Shown: in pieces, positions 31,764-44,154 of the stretch
Layout of the letters: every line of letters starts with the position of its first letter
Position numbering within the stretch: position 1 is the stretch's first letter
Notes under the pieces: model-generated
What the model saw: only the letters and a program-made list of their open reading frames with translations
What the model was told of the DNA's origin: nothing
Database searches by the model: none
Position numbers and translations under genes: made by a program
Origin: Cyanophora paradoxa CCMP329
Lineage: Eukaryota; Plantae; Glaucophyta
Direction of reading: 5' to 3'
Assembly: GCA_004431415.1 (NCBI GenBank)
Contig: QPMI01000435.1
Coordinates: 1 to 64,000, forward strand
DNA: 64,000 bases

Positions 31764-34700
31764 TAGTTATTCGAAAGATTTTTATAGTGACCTATCGCCC
31801 TGGTGTTCACACCATCCTCGCACAGGAATCGCTTGGTATCAAGCGGGTGTAGGGCTTGCTTTGATGTCCGCTGTAGCCAGATCCGATGCTGTTTCGATCT
31901 GAAGCCGAGAATTCCATCTACGTTGCATGATTTGCCCCAAAGATGCAGTCGTAGTATCGCTCTCGTGTCAGCGAGCTGCTGAACGTCTTGTTAACGCCCT
32001 TGCACTTGTGCACTTGTGATTCCTCTGTGCTCATATAGTACGATTTCGGTCGGTTCGCGATCCACTCAAGCATTTGTCTGCCGCCACACTCGTCCTTGAA
32101 CAGCCCTGGAACCTTGCCCATCGATCTTAGTCGCTGCACTTCGTCTTCTGACATCCCTTCAAAGAACGGGTGACTCGTAGGGTATTCACTAACATCTAGC
32201 TCGTTTTTGATTTTGCGAAGGTCCTCGTATAAATTTTCGGTCTCAATCTGAATAATGAGACTGTCTGTATCTGTTCCAAGTAGCTTAAGCCGCTCGCCCC
32301 AAAGCGCTTTCAGCACCTGGTAGTAAAACCGATACATATGTAGCTTTGATAGATCAAGGATTGTGAACCCACAGTAGATCGGTTTGTTGAGTTTGTATTC
32401 GCTCTTTCGCTTATTTACATACACCAAGTTTTCGTCATAGATAGCGACCTGTCTCAAGCGGTTCGGCTCTGTGTTGATTTTCGCTAGTCGTTCTCCTGTT
32501 GTCACAAGCTCTGAATTGCAGTGCTTCCGTACGTTTTCCATCGTTTTCCCAAACACCGCATTATTTAGTAGCTTATAAAGATCTTTTTCATACGGGAATT
32601 CTGCCTGTTTTCGCTTCAGAGTGTTCAAATCGATATAGCTCTCTAGCCATGCACTTTGCTCGAACGAAAGCACTCTGTGTATTCTAGAAACAACCATTCC
32701 CATCGACACATAAAACTGTAGCACTCGTGCATCAACAACATAATTCTTCTTTGGCAACAGGTTTGGAACCAGCTTTGGCGTTCTCTCGATCCCGCTTAGT
32801 TTTTCACGCTCAATAGTTTTTCGCTGCGCCTCTGATAGGTGCTCTTTTACAATGCACATACGCTCGGGAGCAAGTGGATAATCACTAAAATAATCATGCA
32901 GCTCTTCTGGACAATGCATGTCAACCTCCAAAGCAAACCCTCGTGGACCGTTTGCATCTAGGTCTGTGATATACAGTTTAGGATCAGTAGTAATACTAAT
33001 GTTCTCCCATTTGAAGTCCCCTGTAGGAAGTTTCTGTTTCATAGAAAGTCCATAAAGATTATTCGCATCGAGATAAAGTAACCAGCCCTGTTTTTTCCTG
33101 TGACCCACGATGTACTTATCAATCCAGGCATTATTAGCTCTAGCATAGCGTGTTGATATCATCGAGATTCCTCCCGAATCCCTTTCTCAATAAAGCGGTG
33201 CATATCTTCTTGCCCTTCGTGAAACAGCTCCAGTTGCTGGCCAGTGTGTTTCAAAGCTGCTTGCCACGAGAAACCTGGAATGCTCATAAAGTAGCTTGGG
33301 TCCAGCTTATACGTCTCCATACACGTGTCACGGTAGTTTTCAAATATGTCTCCTAGAAGAGCTATGTCTGTCTTCATGTACTCCAATGTATAGTCAGCCA
33401 TTGTCCTGCAACCAAGCTCACGCCAGACCGATTGAGCGTGGATATAATCATCACGAGAGCACTTCAACTGTTTTAGCTCATTGTAAAATTGGCGGCGTCC
33501 TGGTAGTGATGTCTCTGCAAGACGATCCCAGCCCGTAATGTACTTGTATGGATAGACACCCTTGCGCGTCATTAGTTTGAACCGTGTCTCGCTCTCATGT
33601 AGTGCACGTGTGATATTCTTTTTCACATCAGGTACTGCAGCCGCAAGGCTATCGAGACTACCCTGCAGGTGCTGAGCAGAGTCACGGAAAACGTAAATGC
33701 CGTATGTGAACTGTGACATACGCTCGCTGTTCTGAAACACCTGGTCAAACTTCGTCGACAGTAACTCACGAGGACGTAATTCACGCTCAAGTCGCTTCTT
33801 TGCATTTATTGCATGATCTGTACTCAGCTCACGTCCTGCGTATTTTGCTTGAAACTTGCGCTCGACCTCGTCTCGGAATGCATTTTCTGCGACTTTCCGC
33901 CGGTTATATCCTGCTGCTAAAGCCCTCACTAATAGGTGAAAGTCAAATCCTCGTCCATTGTGAAAGAATATTGGCACGGCGGCAGCTTTTGCTCGTCGCC
34001 TGTTGCAGGCATTGCATGCCGCTCCAAGATACTGCCCGGAGTCGTGGCAGTGATCTCGATTTTTATCTTTGACTTCTTTAAACTCGCTTCCACACATATA
34101 GCATGTTTCTGCTGCCTGAAAGGAGCGCTCTTGCGCCTGTGTAATCTGCATCGTCGCTTTCTCCTCCAAGATTCCCTTAAACTGCGGCTCTTTTTCATCT
34201 AGCCAAGCAACAAATGCTTCTGCAGACTCCTCAGTTTGTGATCCCATATGCGAGAACCAAAACTGCTCCTGTTGCATCGTCTCTGAATTTTCAACGCTTT
34301 CTACAGTTTCATTCGTTCCTTGATTTTGCCCCTTGTTTAGAATAACTAAGCAGCCGATCGACGCTATTGCGTGGACTCCTAGCTGCTTCGTCTTTGCTGG
34401 ACTCTCGGTCTGTAAAACAGGTACAGTCATAGTTTCCGAGTCAGCATACCCAACTAGTCTTTGGCGAATCGTCTTTTCGAAACTATTGAATTTTATAAAG
34501 TGCTCGCCCTTTTTCGGAAGCACGTCCCTGGCGTGCTCATCTCGATCAAGGCACCGGTCGTATTTAAGATGATTCTGAAAGGCCTCGTCTGAGCCAAAGC
34601 CGCACTGGCAGGCCAAGCAATAGTGCTTCGCATTCGACCCATGCTTTCCAAACAGGCGCGATATGTTCTTTATCCACAAATAATGTCCCACATCATTCCC

Positions 34701-35804
34701 GTCGCCTGCTGGCACGTAAAGTATCGGTATAGCATCCGTTGCTGCGCTAATGTGGATCGGAACGATGTCTTGCTTGTCTAGCGCAGTCGTGTAGACGCAG
34801 AGCTTAACATTATTCGCACACTCAAATTTACTGAACATTTTCGAATCGAGTGGTGTCGGATACGTTAGCATCGTACAATCTAGCGATGCCTCGTGCTGCC
34901 GATAGCTTCCTGCATGTCTCGAATCCACCCCTGGGGCCAGCGGATTGCGCGCTGCGAGGACAGCATATTTAAAGCACTCGTTGTTTGGTGCATTGATATT
35001 GATCAAGGCCTGCTTGAGTGCAAGCCAGCTCGGAAGTACAAACCCGCGTCCGCGGCCACCCATACGCCTGAAGTATCTAATCGCGGTAAAGCGTAGCTTA
35101 ATCCACGTCTCGAAGGCGGAAGAATCACGGCTCTTTTCCTGCGCAATAGTATCTAGCTCCTCCAGCTGTGAGCGGATCGCCTCAACAATGTCTGACCCTG
35201 GGAGTATGCGGTAAAATTTCCTGTGCTCAATGACTACTGCAAGCGCTGAGTCCTCGTTAGGCTTGCGATAGAGTCCGACTCCTGATACCTGTAAAGCTAT
35301 ACCCATTCGATCCTGACTCGCTAATTCTTGCTGCACGCTTACAAATGCCACTGCGCCTGCTCTGAATCTTGCATTATTTTCAATCTGTGCCTGCATCGAC
35401 GTTACTCGGCCTGTTCCACGTGAGGGCCTGTACTCCCAGTCAGCATATGTCCCGTTCAGCGCTGTACGTGTCGTCACTGTCCCGTCCTCCTCAGTAACTT
35501 CAGTTTCGCTGAACTCGCTCACACTCGGATCGGGAAGCTCTGAAAATCCTGCTACAATACCCTCAGCAATAGCAACCTCTAGCCGAGCAGCTGAAACTGG
35601 TCTCGGCGGTCTTGGTACTGTTGAAAGCTCGTTCAAAAGTGATGCGTATTTCTGAAGTGTCGGTAGTCTCGTACGTGAGCCACTCGCACTGATGCGCTGT
35701 AGTTTGTTTCTAAATTGTCCATGAATAAACCTGCGATTGTACAAAACCTCGGCCTGGCCTGCTATCTGCTCTTTCAGCCGCGCGATCTCAAACCGTCGTT
35801 CCAT
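31763..35804 (-). CDS. polB: Protein-primed family B DNA polymerase with N-terminal TP/vOTU-like region, Zn finger and endonuclease VII-like insert (frameshifts near 33160 and 31930)
   Basis: NECFKY...GHY, HNGRGFD, YPY, LDANNLYG, KLLNNAVFGK, GTDTDS, KCKGV, corrected C-terminus LHPLDTKRFL...GH; RDHCH..G.Y.G.AC..CN. Confidence 0.93.
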
Positions 35805-35952
35805 TTAACAATAGCGCTCCAAAAGATTTTCGGAGAAAGCGCGCAACCAACCGCTCGTTACTATAGGGCGGTGCTATTCCTTTATAACATGTCACTGGTG
35901 CTGCTCATGGCAAGCTAGGAATTACAGTGAATGTAAAAAGTTACTCTCTCCA

Positions 35953-36720
35953 GAGGCCGCACCAGAGCGCTCTTGGGACACGAAGTGCTTCAATGTACTC
36001 ATCATTATCGCCTAGATAGAGCTAAACGCTTTTCCTCTGGTTGCTTCAATGTTCTCATCATTTCGCCTAAAATTAACCTAAACGTGCTTCCTCTGTTAGC
36101 TTCATCGTACTCATCTATATCGCCTAAAATTAACCTAAACGTGTTTCCTCTGATAGCTTCATTGTACACATTAATATCGTCTAGACTATTCTGCCACGTT
36201 GCTCTGCAGACCGCGCTCATGGGGGCAGCGCTCCTCTTCGCCTATTCTTGTTGTCTCCTCTGCCTTGTATAGTCGTCAGATATTGCTAGGCTTACACCTT
36301 AACGTCTGTCTCCCATAGTATCGGACATCAACGCGGAAAAAAACGCGAGAGACACCACCGCGGTGGCCGCGAGAGAGGTTGTGAGGGGATGGTGGTGGCG
36401 GTTTCCCGGTGGGCCACCGCTTCTCTGTACACAGCAATATCGTCTAGACTATTCTGAAAAAAACGCTAGAGACACCACCGCGCGGCCTCTTCGTCTATTC
36501 TAGTTGTCAGCTCTGCCTTGTATAGTCATTAGATATTGCTTGGCTTCCACCTTCGTAATAGAACTGTAGACGTTGCTCGGGGTGGTGCTAGACGTAACGA
36601 TAGAGCGATGTCGGAGGGATAGCGGGGTAGACGTTACGACTGGTGCAGCGAGAGAGGTGCTAGGGGATGGGGGTGGCAGTTTCCGGTGGGGCCACCGTGG
36701 TGGGCTCTCTCTCGTTTTTT
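35953..36720 (-). repeat. Right terminal inverted repeat of element 2
   Basis: Reverse complement of 14985-15748. Confidence 0.95.
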
Positions 36721-36822
36721 GTAATGTCGGCTGACAGGGTGATAGTTTCGGCGTAATGTCGGCTGACAGGGTGATACTGTCGCATCATGTCGGCTGACAG
36801 TCGGCTGACAGTCGGCTGACAG
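36721..36822 (+). repeat. Remainder of the 32-bp tandem repeat, decaying into GTCGGCTGACA units
   Basis: Resumes in register after TSD GTAATG. Confidence 0.9.
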
Positions 36823-37239
36823 CATCGACCTGCGAACGAAGATGCCTGCGCTAGCTGCGTAGACGAGATATCACCTATCACATTCCGATCAGCCATAGCC
36901 ACATTACGATTACACTGAAAATACTACTTTGTGGCATGCTATATGTTTTCGGAATCGCCGCGATGTGATGACCCCAAATGTGTCGGTGACGCCGGTATAT
37001 ATATGTATATGTCGTCATATGCAAAAAAACGAAATGCCGCAAAAATTGACTTCAAATAAAAAATGGGTCGTTGTTCGATCATAATTATCAAATGTATGCA
37101 CGCTATCAGTATTACTACGTTTACTACTACGTATACTTCGATGTTTATAGAAGGCTCCTTAGAAAATTTGTGGACGAATTTATAGCAAATTATCAAAAAT
37201 TGACAATAAAAAATAGTTTTCCACAGAGCGTTCCAAACT

Positions 37240-37485
37240 ATGGATCTGTCCGATGCATTCCAACAGTATATGCACCAATCAATGGAAGAGGTGGGAAAAA
37301 ACAATCTCGGATTAGATATTACTAATTATAGTGTCGGAAAACGATCTTCAAAAAAGTTCATTAAAAAAATTGAGTCGGATGTTTTCACTCATCGTGATGC
37401 GGAGTTAGAATGTAAAAGAATACACCTTCCTGTTGCTGTTAAGATCAGGCTCCAAAAAAAGCTCGCTGAACGCGCCGCAAAATAA
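37240..37485 (+). CDS. Small hypothetical protein
   Basis: 81-aa ORF with AAAATTGA 37 bp upstream. Confidence 0.4.
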   Translation: MDLSDAFQQYMHQSMEEVGKNNLGLDITNYSVGKRSSKKFIKKIESDVFTHRDAELECKRIHLPVAVKIRLQKKLAERAAK

Positions 37486-37999
37486 TTAAATAATTGACCG
37501 AAAAAAATAGAACTCTTGGTTCGTAAGGAACCTTTTTAGCTACCGTGGTCGCGACCCACAAGACGTTCGTGTATATGTATATGTATGTATATATACGCAA
37601 AAAAGAAAAAAATCCAACTTGTGCGGGACTATACACTCAGAGATTCTAACATATATACGCTATATATACACGACCATATTGTTGTTTTTCATAGAACTCG
37701 CATGTTGTTAGCATGTAATCTTGCATGGTAAAGGGGGCGCGAGGGTTTCGTGGGTATTTTCGTGGTCTATCGTCGTATTTTGTCGATTGTACATTTGCTA
37801 ATCGTACATTTCGATTGAAGTCGCAAGTTTGTGCAGGTGGGCATTTTCGGCAGCACAAACTTGCTCTAAAAATTACAAAATGAAATTCGGTTTAACTCTT
37901 ACGAGTTTTGCTATAACACTCTCGGCATTGATAGTTGAGACCATCCTTCGTTCTTTGTCTTTTATTAAACTCACTTGCAAGCTTCTCAATCTTGCAGTG

Positions 38000-38094
38000 A
38001 CACATATTGAAAAACGAATTTAAATCCCTCGTTCATCTCGATCGCTTCGCGATCTCGATTCACTCTGGATTTAAATTCGTTTTTCAATATGTGT
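38000..38094. repeat. Perfect 28-bp inverted repeat with inner hairpin
   Basis: ACACATATTGAAAAACGAATTTAAATCC (38000-38027) and its reverse complement (38067-38094); loop contains GATCGC-ttc-GCGATC. Confidence 0.9.
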
Positions 38095-38414
38095 TAATTT
38101 AACTACTAAAATACATATTTATCGATTAATTTCTTTAACTTTTTATGCAAACTTTGTATAAATTAATGCAAACTTTGTATTAAAAATGATAAACGCGTTA
38201 ATTTAATGCATATTCACGATTGATTCGATCGATATTATATCGATATATTATGTTCTTTGTCGATTACATATATAACTTCGATTGATTAACATTAAACTAC
38301 TTAAAGAACGATATAATCGCGATTAATTCGCATAAATTCGCATAAATTCGCATAAACTCGATATATCTCTCTGGTATTGAAGTAGACCACCGCCCATTCT
38401 GTATCGAAAAACGC

Positions 38415-38881
38415 AAAAAGTGTCACAGAGTTGCATCATGTCCAATTAAACAATCGATGGAATTGCGGATTTACATTTTTGCACCGAAAAAGTGTCACAG
38501 AGTTGCATTATGTCCAATTAAACAATCGATCAGATTGCGGGATTTTCTATTGGAATATATCGGAACTGCATCACGTCCAATTAAACAATCGATGGAATTG
38601 CGGATTTACATTTTTGCACCGAAAAAGTGTCACAGAGTTGCATCATGTCCAATTAAACAATCGATGGAATTGCGGATTTACATTTTTGCACCGAAAAAGT
38701 GTCACAGAGTTGCATTATGTCCAATTAAACAATCGATCAGATTGCGGGATTTTCTATTGGAATATATCGGAACTGCATCACGTCCAATTAAACAATCGAT
38801 GGAATTGCGGGTTTACATTTTTGCACCGAAAAAGTGTCACAGAGTTGCATGGTCTCCAATTGAACAATCGATTAGATTGCA
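38415..38881 (+). repeat. Higher-order tandem repeat (72- and 63-bp units, 207-bp period)
   Basis: AAAAAGTGTCACAGAG at 38415, 38487, 38622, 38694, 38829; core TCCAATTAAACAATCGAT recurs. Confidence 0.9.
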
Positions 38882-38992
38882 TATGTTCTATAAAACAGAA
38901 TAATTGAGATCAAGTGTGACAGGTAGTATTCAAATGATATTCAGTAAGAGATAGTTTTGTTTTTGAGAAAGTCAGTAAGAGGGGTGGAATGT

Positions 38993-39429
38993 CTGTGACG
39001 CCTGTGACGGCTGTGACGCCTGTTTTCAGAAGTCTGTCATTTTTGAAAATTTTAAAAAGTTTGAAAGTAGGTGTCACAGGCGTCACAGGCGTCACACTCA
39101 ATTAAATTAGGTGTCACAGCGAAATTGCAGACCATTTCCAGTAAGACAACTTCGCATTTTCGGAAAGGTGGATTAATGGATAGTGTTTTGTAGGTGTCAG
39201 AGGTGTCACAAGACGGATTTCAGTAAGACAAGAATATATTTTTGAATATCTCAGTAAGAGAAAGAGATTCCATTTTTAATTGGGTGTGACGCCTGTGACG
39301 GCTGTGACGGCTGTTTTAAGAAGTCTGTCATTTTTGAAAATTTTAAAAAGTTTGAAAGTAGGCGTCACAGGCGTCACAGGCGTCACAGTCAATTAAAGAG
39401 GCGTCACAGTCAATTAAATAGGTGTCACA
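38993..39429. repeat. Two iteron-like cassettes (inverted TGTGACGCC/GGCGTCACA arrays around an AT-rich core) in the left terminal region
   Basis: 38993-39119 and 39285-39429; further copies at 48207-48339 and 63744-63888. Confidence 0.85.
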
Positions 39430-39584
39430 CCCGATTATCTGACCATTTTCAGTAAGACCATCTGAAATTCTGAATTTCTCAGTGTCAACTAACTCGGAAA
39501 TCGCAATACTCTATGTTTCTCCGATTTCTCCAACCCTGAAAACACACCTGTTATTCTCTCATCTATCTCATGAGATACTCTCGT
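39173..39584 (+). repeat. Verified part of element 3 left TIR
   Basis: Reverse complement of 63589-64000. Confidence 0.93.
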
Positions 39585-39595
39585 TTCGCCAAAAA

Positions 39596-39898
39596 ATGAC
39601 AAACGATTTCCCATCATGCTGTAAAGGAAACATGCCGATTAACCAGCAATATCACAATTTCCATGGGACTTACATCTTGATTGTGAAAAGAATACAAGAT
39701 CATTATGAGATCTTTCAAGAGATGGGATTGCGAATTACAAGGAGATCAACTCTTTGTAGATTCTTGAAAAAGAATGGTGCTAAATGGGATAAGACAATTC
39801 GCCGATGGTATACAGAAGATCGAAAGAGTCCCATTCTTAATATTTTCGAGACAGATGGGGAGTTCTTCTATCAGGATCGGTTTAATCATTACCAATAG
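39596..39898 (+). CDS. Hypothetical protein with DUF5710-like motif
   Basis: KKNGAKWDKTIRRWY resembles the repeats in 13595-13908. Confidence 0.45.
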   Translation: MTNDFPSCCKGNMPINQQYHNFHGTYILIVKRIQDHYEIFQEMGLRITRRSTLCRFLKKNGAKWDKTIRRWYTEDRKSPILNIFETDGEFFYQDRFNHYQ

Positions 39899-40813
39899 CC
39901 AAGAACTCTAACTGGAATGAGTTGTCAATTCCATTCATATCTACAAGATCACCATAATAATCGCGAAACTCAACTGTTAACTCTCTAATCACAAGGTTTC
40001 GATCGGTTATTTTTATGTATTCACTGTGCTCTCCACTGTGATAAACATACTGTCCAATATCTTTACTTAATTGCAATCTGAGAATCGCTCCTTGATTCTG
40101 TGGTTGAGATTGTGGGACAATATTGTGGTTTGTAGCAAATGGGGAGAGTTCTTTAATGTGCATGTATAAATACTGTTCTGCATTCATATCTGTCATCTTG
40201 GAAGCTTCTAACTTGTAGTTTAAGCGAGATGCCTCGAATTCATATCCTGTGAATGTGATTCCCCATTGGGGATGGTTTGGGGTGATTGGTATTCCTGCGA
40301 AATAAAGGAAATTCTCGGGGCATATAAAGACCTTGCAGACTCTGGGAAATCGTAAATCTGTTCAGTGGAAGCCACCCACTCCACTGAACTCACACCAAGA
40401 AGTTTACCCAATCTCTGTGTAGATGCAACCATATCGAATTGAACATTACTGTAAAACTCCAATTTGTAGGAGGTAGGGTTGTAGTAGACCTTGAATGCAT
40501 ATGTGAGATTGTTGCTCCCAGTAAATGTGAAATTCAGACCATAATTATATGGAGTGGTGACCCCGAAATGACCTTGATTTATGTAACCACTTGGGAGAAG
40601 GAAGACCTGCTTGGTTTCAGAGATGCCTTGGTAGTAGAATCTGACAAGAAGGTGGTCTGTTCCAATGGAGTTATAGATGCTGTTGGGGATCTCTGCATAC
40701 AAAACTCGACATTCTCTTGGTTTGGTCACTGGGGTTGTGAGTGAAACTTTGTAGGAGTTTTCTATTTGTCCATCTGATCGGTCTCTGCTATCTATATTGA
40801 CCAGCCGAATCAT
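39882..40813 (-). CDS. Minor capsid (penton)-like protein 1 (frameshifted)
   Basis: IDSRDR...YAEIPNS; EFRDYYGDLVDMNG..FQLEF; homolog of 25399-26336. Confidence 0.78.
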
Positions 40814-40841
40814 TTTAATATATGTTTATAGATAAAAGAAG

Positions 40842-41850
40842 ATGCCTGTGGATTACATTGAAGTGAGCTCTTTCAATACAATTTCGGGAGATGGACCTAC
40901 TTCGAGTTTTATTGCTCGCCTCCCCAGCACATATGAATTTGTAAGAGCAGTGAGACTGGTCTCAGCAGAATTCTATAACAGCATTCCCATGGTGAGTGGT
41001 GAAACCAAAGTAGGAGATGTGACAATTGATAATGCAATCTACCTTTATTGGTCTGAATATCTTTCTGGTGCAGGAAGCACTGGTATTCCAACTGATCGAC
41101 CTGCTGCTGATTATGAATCATGGAAACACATTGTGATAAGTCGCAGCACACCCATTCAAAACCACCAACAACTGGTGAATGTAATTAACTCCAAACTTGC
41201 ATTGAGAGAACCAGCAGTAGCTATTCGTTGCAAATGGGATGATACACTGAAACGAGTTATATTCCATTCAACCATACCGTTTTACCTGGCTTTCTCAACC
41301 GCAATTAACCCAACCCAGGCACATATTCAGAGGTTTTTGAGTTCTGCTCGACTGCTTGGTCTTGATCCTGGGAGATATGGTAACACCCCAATCCAATCAC
41401 AAGTTTATAATACTCTGACTGATGGTATCTTTACTGGGTCGATGGTGCATGGTATCATATCTTCATTTGAACCTGAAAAGACCAGGGATAGTGTTCTGTT
41501 TGTGAGAGTAAAGGAGTTGGGTGATCTGGTTCAATGTGGTGATGGTCTCCTCACTGGATACTTCCACAAAATCGTTGTTCCAGATAAAGATTATGGTGAG
41601 CATGTCGTTTATAATTCGACAGAAGCCCATCCGATTTATAAATACTATAACAAGAATCTGGGACTTTCCACATTTTCGGTTGATATTGTGAATGCAGTCA
41701 ATGAACCAATTGATTTCGAGGGTCAACCTGTCCACCTCACCTTCGAAATTCGATATGGTGATGAACCTGCTGGTGATCCTGTGTACGAATACTTCAAGAG
41801 GAGAATGGCGGAAACACATCCATCTTATCCTGTTAATTGCGAATTTTGCG
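40842..41850 (+). CDS. Minor capsid (penton)-like protein 2 (true stop probably near 41850; ORF track reads through to 42014)
   Basis: Homologous to 26364 gene up to ...HPSYP; the extension would overlap the MCP start. Confidence 0.75.
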
Positions 41851-41907
41851 TAAAATCAAGGATCATTGGTGAATTTTTTATGTTGCAGTATAATAAAAGA
41901 GATAATC

Positions 41908-43281
41908 ATGGATATTACTTCGACCCTCCAACGTCTTTCTCTGAAAGAAGCTCTAACAACCCCGGAAGAAGCCAAGGCGTTCTTCTTGGACAACTCTCTC
42001 ATGCTTGGTCTTGAATCCAAGTCGAAGCCAGTTCTTGTTGTTGTGAACCCAAGCAACACTTTCGAGAATAATGCTGGAAATCGCATTTCTTTCAAGCTCC
42101 CTCGCTACAATTTCTGTGGAAAACTCGAACTTGCGTTTGACCTTCCAGCTGTCACTTTTGCTGGTGATACCGACCTTGTTCGCAATGGATACGTTCGCCC
42201 AGTTGGTGCTCTTGTCTCTCGACTTGAAATCACCTATGGATCTTACACTTTCCATGTGCCTTCTGATTTCCTTGCTCATTTCCCTCTTATCTATTACAGT
42301 GAGGATCAACTCGCCAAGAAGAAGCGTTCAATGGGTATGGTTCATGGTATCCCTGCCCATGGAACCAACCGACTTGGTGGGTCATTTTTCACTGAAATCC
42401 CAGTCCCATGGCTAAACCACTACCTACCTCTTGGTGCTCTCTCAGGAGAAATGGTGGTAACTGTCTGGTTCAAGGATGCTGGAAAGGGTTATGTTGAGAC
42501 TTCTTATGGTGGTCGTGCTCTTCCTGTTGTTGGTGGAACAGCTGCTGATAAGACAGAGGATGATGGACTTGGTGCTACTGCTAATGCTACTCTTGCCCAT
42601 GTTGGTCAACAAATCACCACTTTTGGAATTGGTGCAACAACAACCCCCGAAATTAAAGTCACTTCTCCTCGTCTTTACATGCATGCTATTAATGTTTCTG
42701 ATGAACTGTTTGCTACTGTCATTGAGAAGGTGAAGACCACTGGTATGGCTATTCCTGCTCTGGATATTGGTTTTGTTGACAGTGTCAATTTTGCTGCAAA
42801 AGGAAATGCTCAACCAAATCGTATTAACCTGTCACAGATCTCTGGTCTTGTCTATGGTCTTCTTGTTTCAGTTCGTGATGCCGCAGGTATTGATGGTTTC
42901 AATGGTTCCCACAGTGTTCTGAAAACGTATGCTAACTCAAAAGACATTACTTTCACTGTTGAAATTAATGGTCAACGTCTCTATGCTACTGAGCCCATCC
43001 CTCTCCTCAAAGGTGCCGAATTAATTGCGGATGCCTTCAAGTGCTCGAATATGGACAAGGTTGCAGACAAATATGTCCTCAGTGGTCTACCATTCTGTGT
43101 TGATGGAGAGAAAGCGATTCGCAACATTGCCCAGTCTGGCTATGTTGATCTCACGAACTCCTCCTCCTCTTTCCTCACTCTATACATGCCTTCTGACCAG
43201 ACAATCACAGTTAATGTTCGTGCTCTCATGCACAGTTTCATTATAGTCGATAAGGACGGCCTGAGGCGAATCAATCTGTAA
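41908..43281 (+). CDS. Major capsid protein (double jelly-roll)
   Basis: Colinear homolog of 27372-28760. Confidence 0.85.
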   Translation: MDITSTLQRLSLKEALTTPEEAKAFFLDNSLMLGLESKSKPVLVVVNPSNTFENNAGNRISFKLPRYNFCGKLELAFDLPAVTFAGDTDLVRNGYVRPVGALVSRLEITYGSYTFHVPSDFLAHFPLIYYSEDQLAKKKRSMGMVHGIPAHGTNRLGGSFFTEIPVPWLNHYLPLGALSGEMVVTVWFKDAGKGYVETSYGGRALPVVGGTAADKTEDDGLGATANATLAHVGQQITTFGIGATTTPEIKVTSPRLYMHAINVSDELFATVIEKVKTTGMAIPALDIGFVDSVNFAAKGNAQPNRINLSQISGLVYGLLVSVRDAAGIDGFNGSHSVLKTYANSKDITFTVEINGQRLYATEPIPLLKGAELIADAFKCSNMDKVADKYVLSGLPFCVDGEKAIRNIAQSGYVDLTNSSSSFLTLYMPSDQTITVNVRALMHSFIIVDKDGLRRINL

Positions 43282-43343
43282 AACCATTATCAGTAACAGT
43301 TCGTTATTTTTATCTATCTTTAATAAGAAAGATCTACAAAGCC

Positions 43344-44126
43344 ATGAACGATTTAGAAGAATTTGTTGCCTCTGAGATGATAACCCCACCATTTCGTGCT
43401 CTTTTCATAGGAAAGTCTGCAACAGGCAAGTCAGAATGTGTGAAATATTGGTTGAAACAGCTGCATGATGCGAAAAAGATTGATACTGTTCTTGTTGTGA
43501 GTGGGACGTCCTTCAATCATTTCTGGGATGCAGTTGCAACATTGCAACTCGGGAAATGGGATGCTGCTTACATTTCCAAATTACTGGATGAAAGGCAGGA
43601 GAAAATCGAAAAAGGGGAACCTGTCAATCACCTGTGTGTGGTCTTAGATGATCTAATAGACAACGAAATCATTGATTTGACCCGAGACAAAATCGTGGGA
43701 TCTCTTTATTCCAGAGGTCGCCATTCGAAAATCTCGATTATCTGCATCACACAGAAGCTGAGGAAGGTTTCTTCAACAATTCGAGTAAATTCGGATTATG
43801 CTGTGTTCCTGAGTGCTGCAAATCGCAAAGAACTCGAAGCCATTGAAGAGGAATATAATATCATGCGAAACAAGGACGATTTCTATAAGATGTTTGAGGA
43901 GTATGTGCACTCTTACCAATATATTGTGTGGTCTTCTGCAAATTATTCGGTGAACTATTATGTTGATAAAGCGGATCTGGTCAAAGATTTCGCATTTCCT
44001 CGGTTCCACAGGAAGCCCAAAACGAAAGAGGACGAATTACCACCTCCACAGAAAGAGGAAGCCCCCAAAGAGGTCAAGAGTGGTGTTCATTCGAATAAAC
44101 TGATGCGATATAAGAGAGGTTTATAA
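43344..44126 (+). CDS. A32-like DNA packaging ATPase
   Basis: GKSATGKS, VVLDD, GRH, TQ motifs. Confidence 0.9.
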   Translation: MNDLEEFVASEMITPPFRALFIGKSATGKSECVKYWLKQLHDAKKIDTVLVVSGTSFNHFWDAVATLQLGKWDAAYISKLLDERQEKIEKGEPVNHLCVVLDDLIDNEIIDLTRDKIVGSLYSRGRHSKISIICITQKLRKVSSTIRVNSDYAVFLSAANRKELEAIEEEYNIMRNKDDFYKMFEEYVHSYQYIVWSSANYSVNYYVDKADLVKDFAFPRFHRKPKTKEDELPPPQKEEAPKEVKSGVHSNKLMRYKRGL

Positions 44127-44154
44127 AATAATCTCTGCTTCTAATAAATATACA

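Larger units (their letters stand above)
14985..36720. mobile_element. Complete Polinton-like virus element 2 (21,736 bp)
   Basis: TIRs 14985-15748 / 35953-36720; 6-bp TSD GTAATG (14979-14984, 36721-36726); pPolB, rve integrase, MCP, pentons, ATPase. Confidence 0.95.

Noticed and set aside
33159-33165. Programmed ribosomal frameshift in pPolB (and in fibre or penton genes)
   Set aside because: The ortholog in element 3 reads through the same position (IRGG) in one frame; the pattern fits homopolymer errors
38415-38907. 72/63-bp repeats as CRISPR, and ORFs 38431-38907 / 38457-38903 as genes
   Set aside because: The intervening sequences themselves repeat; the ORFs are translations of the tandem array
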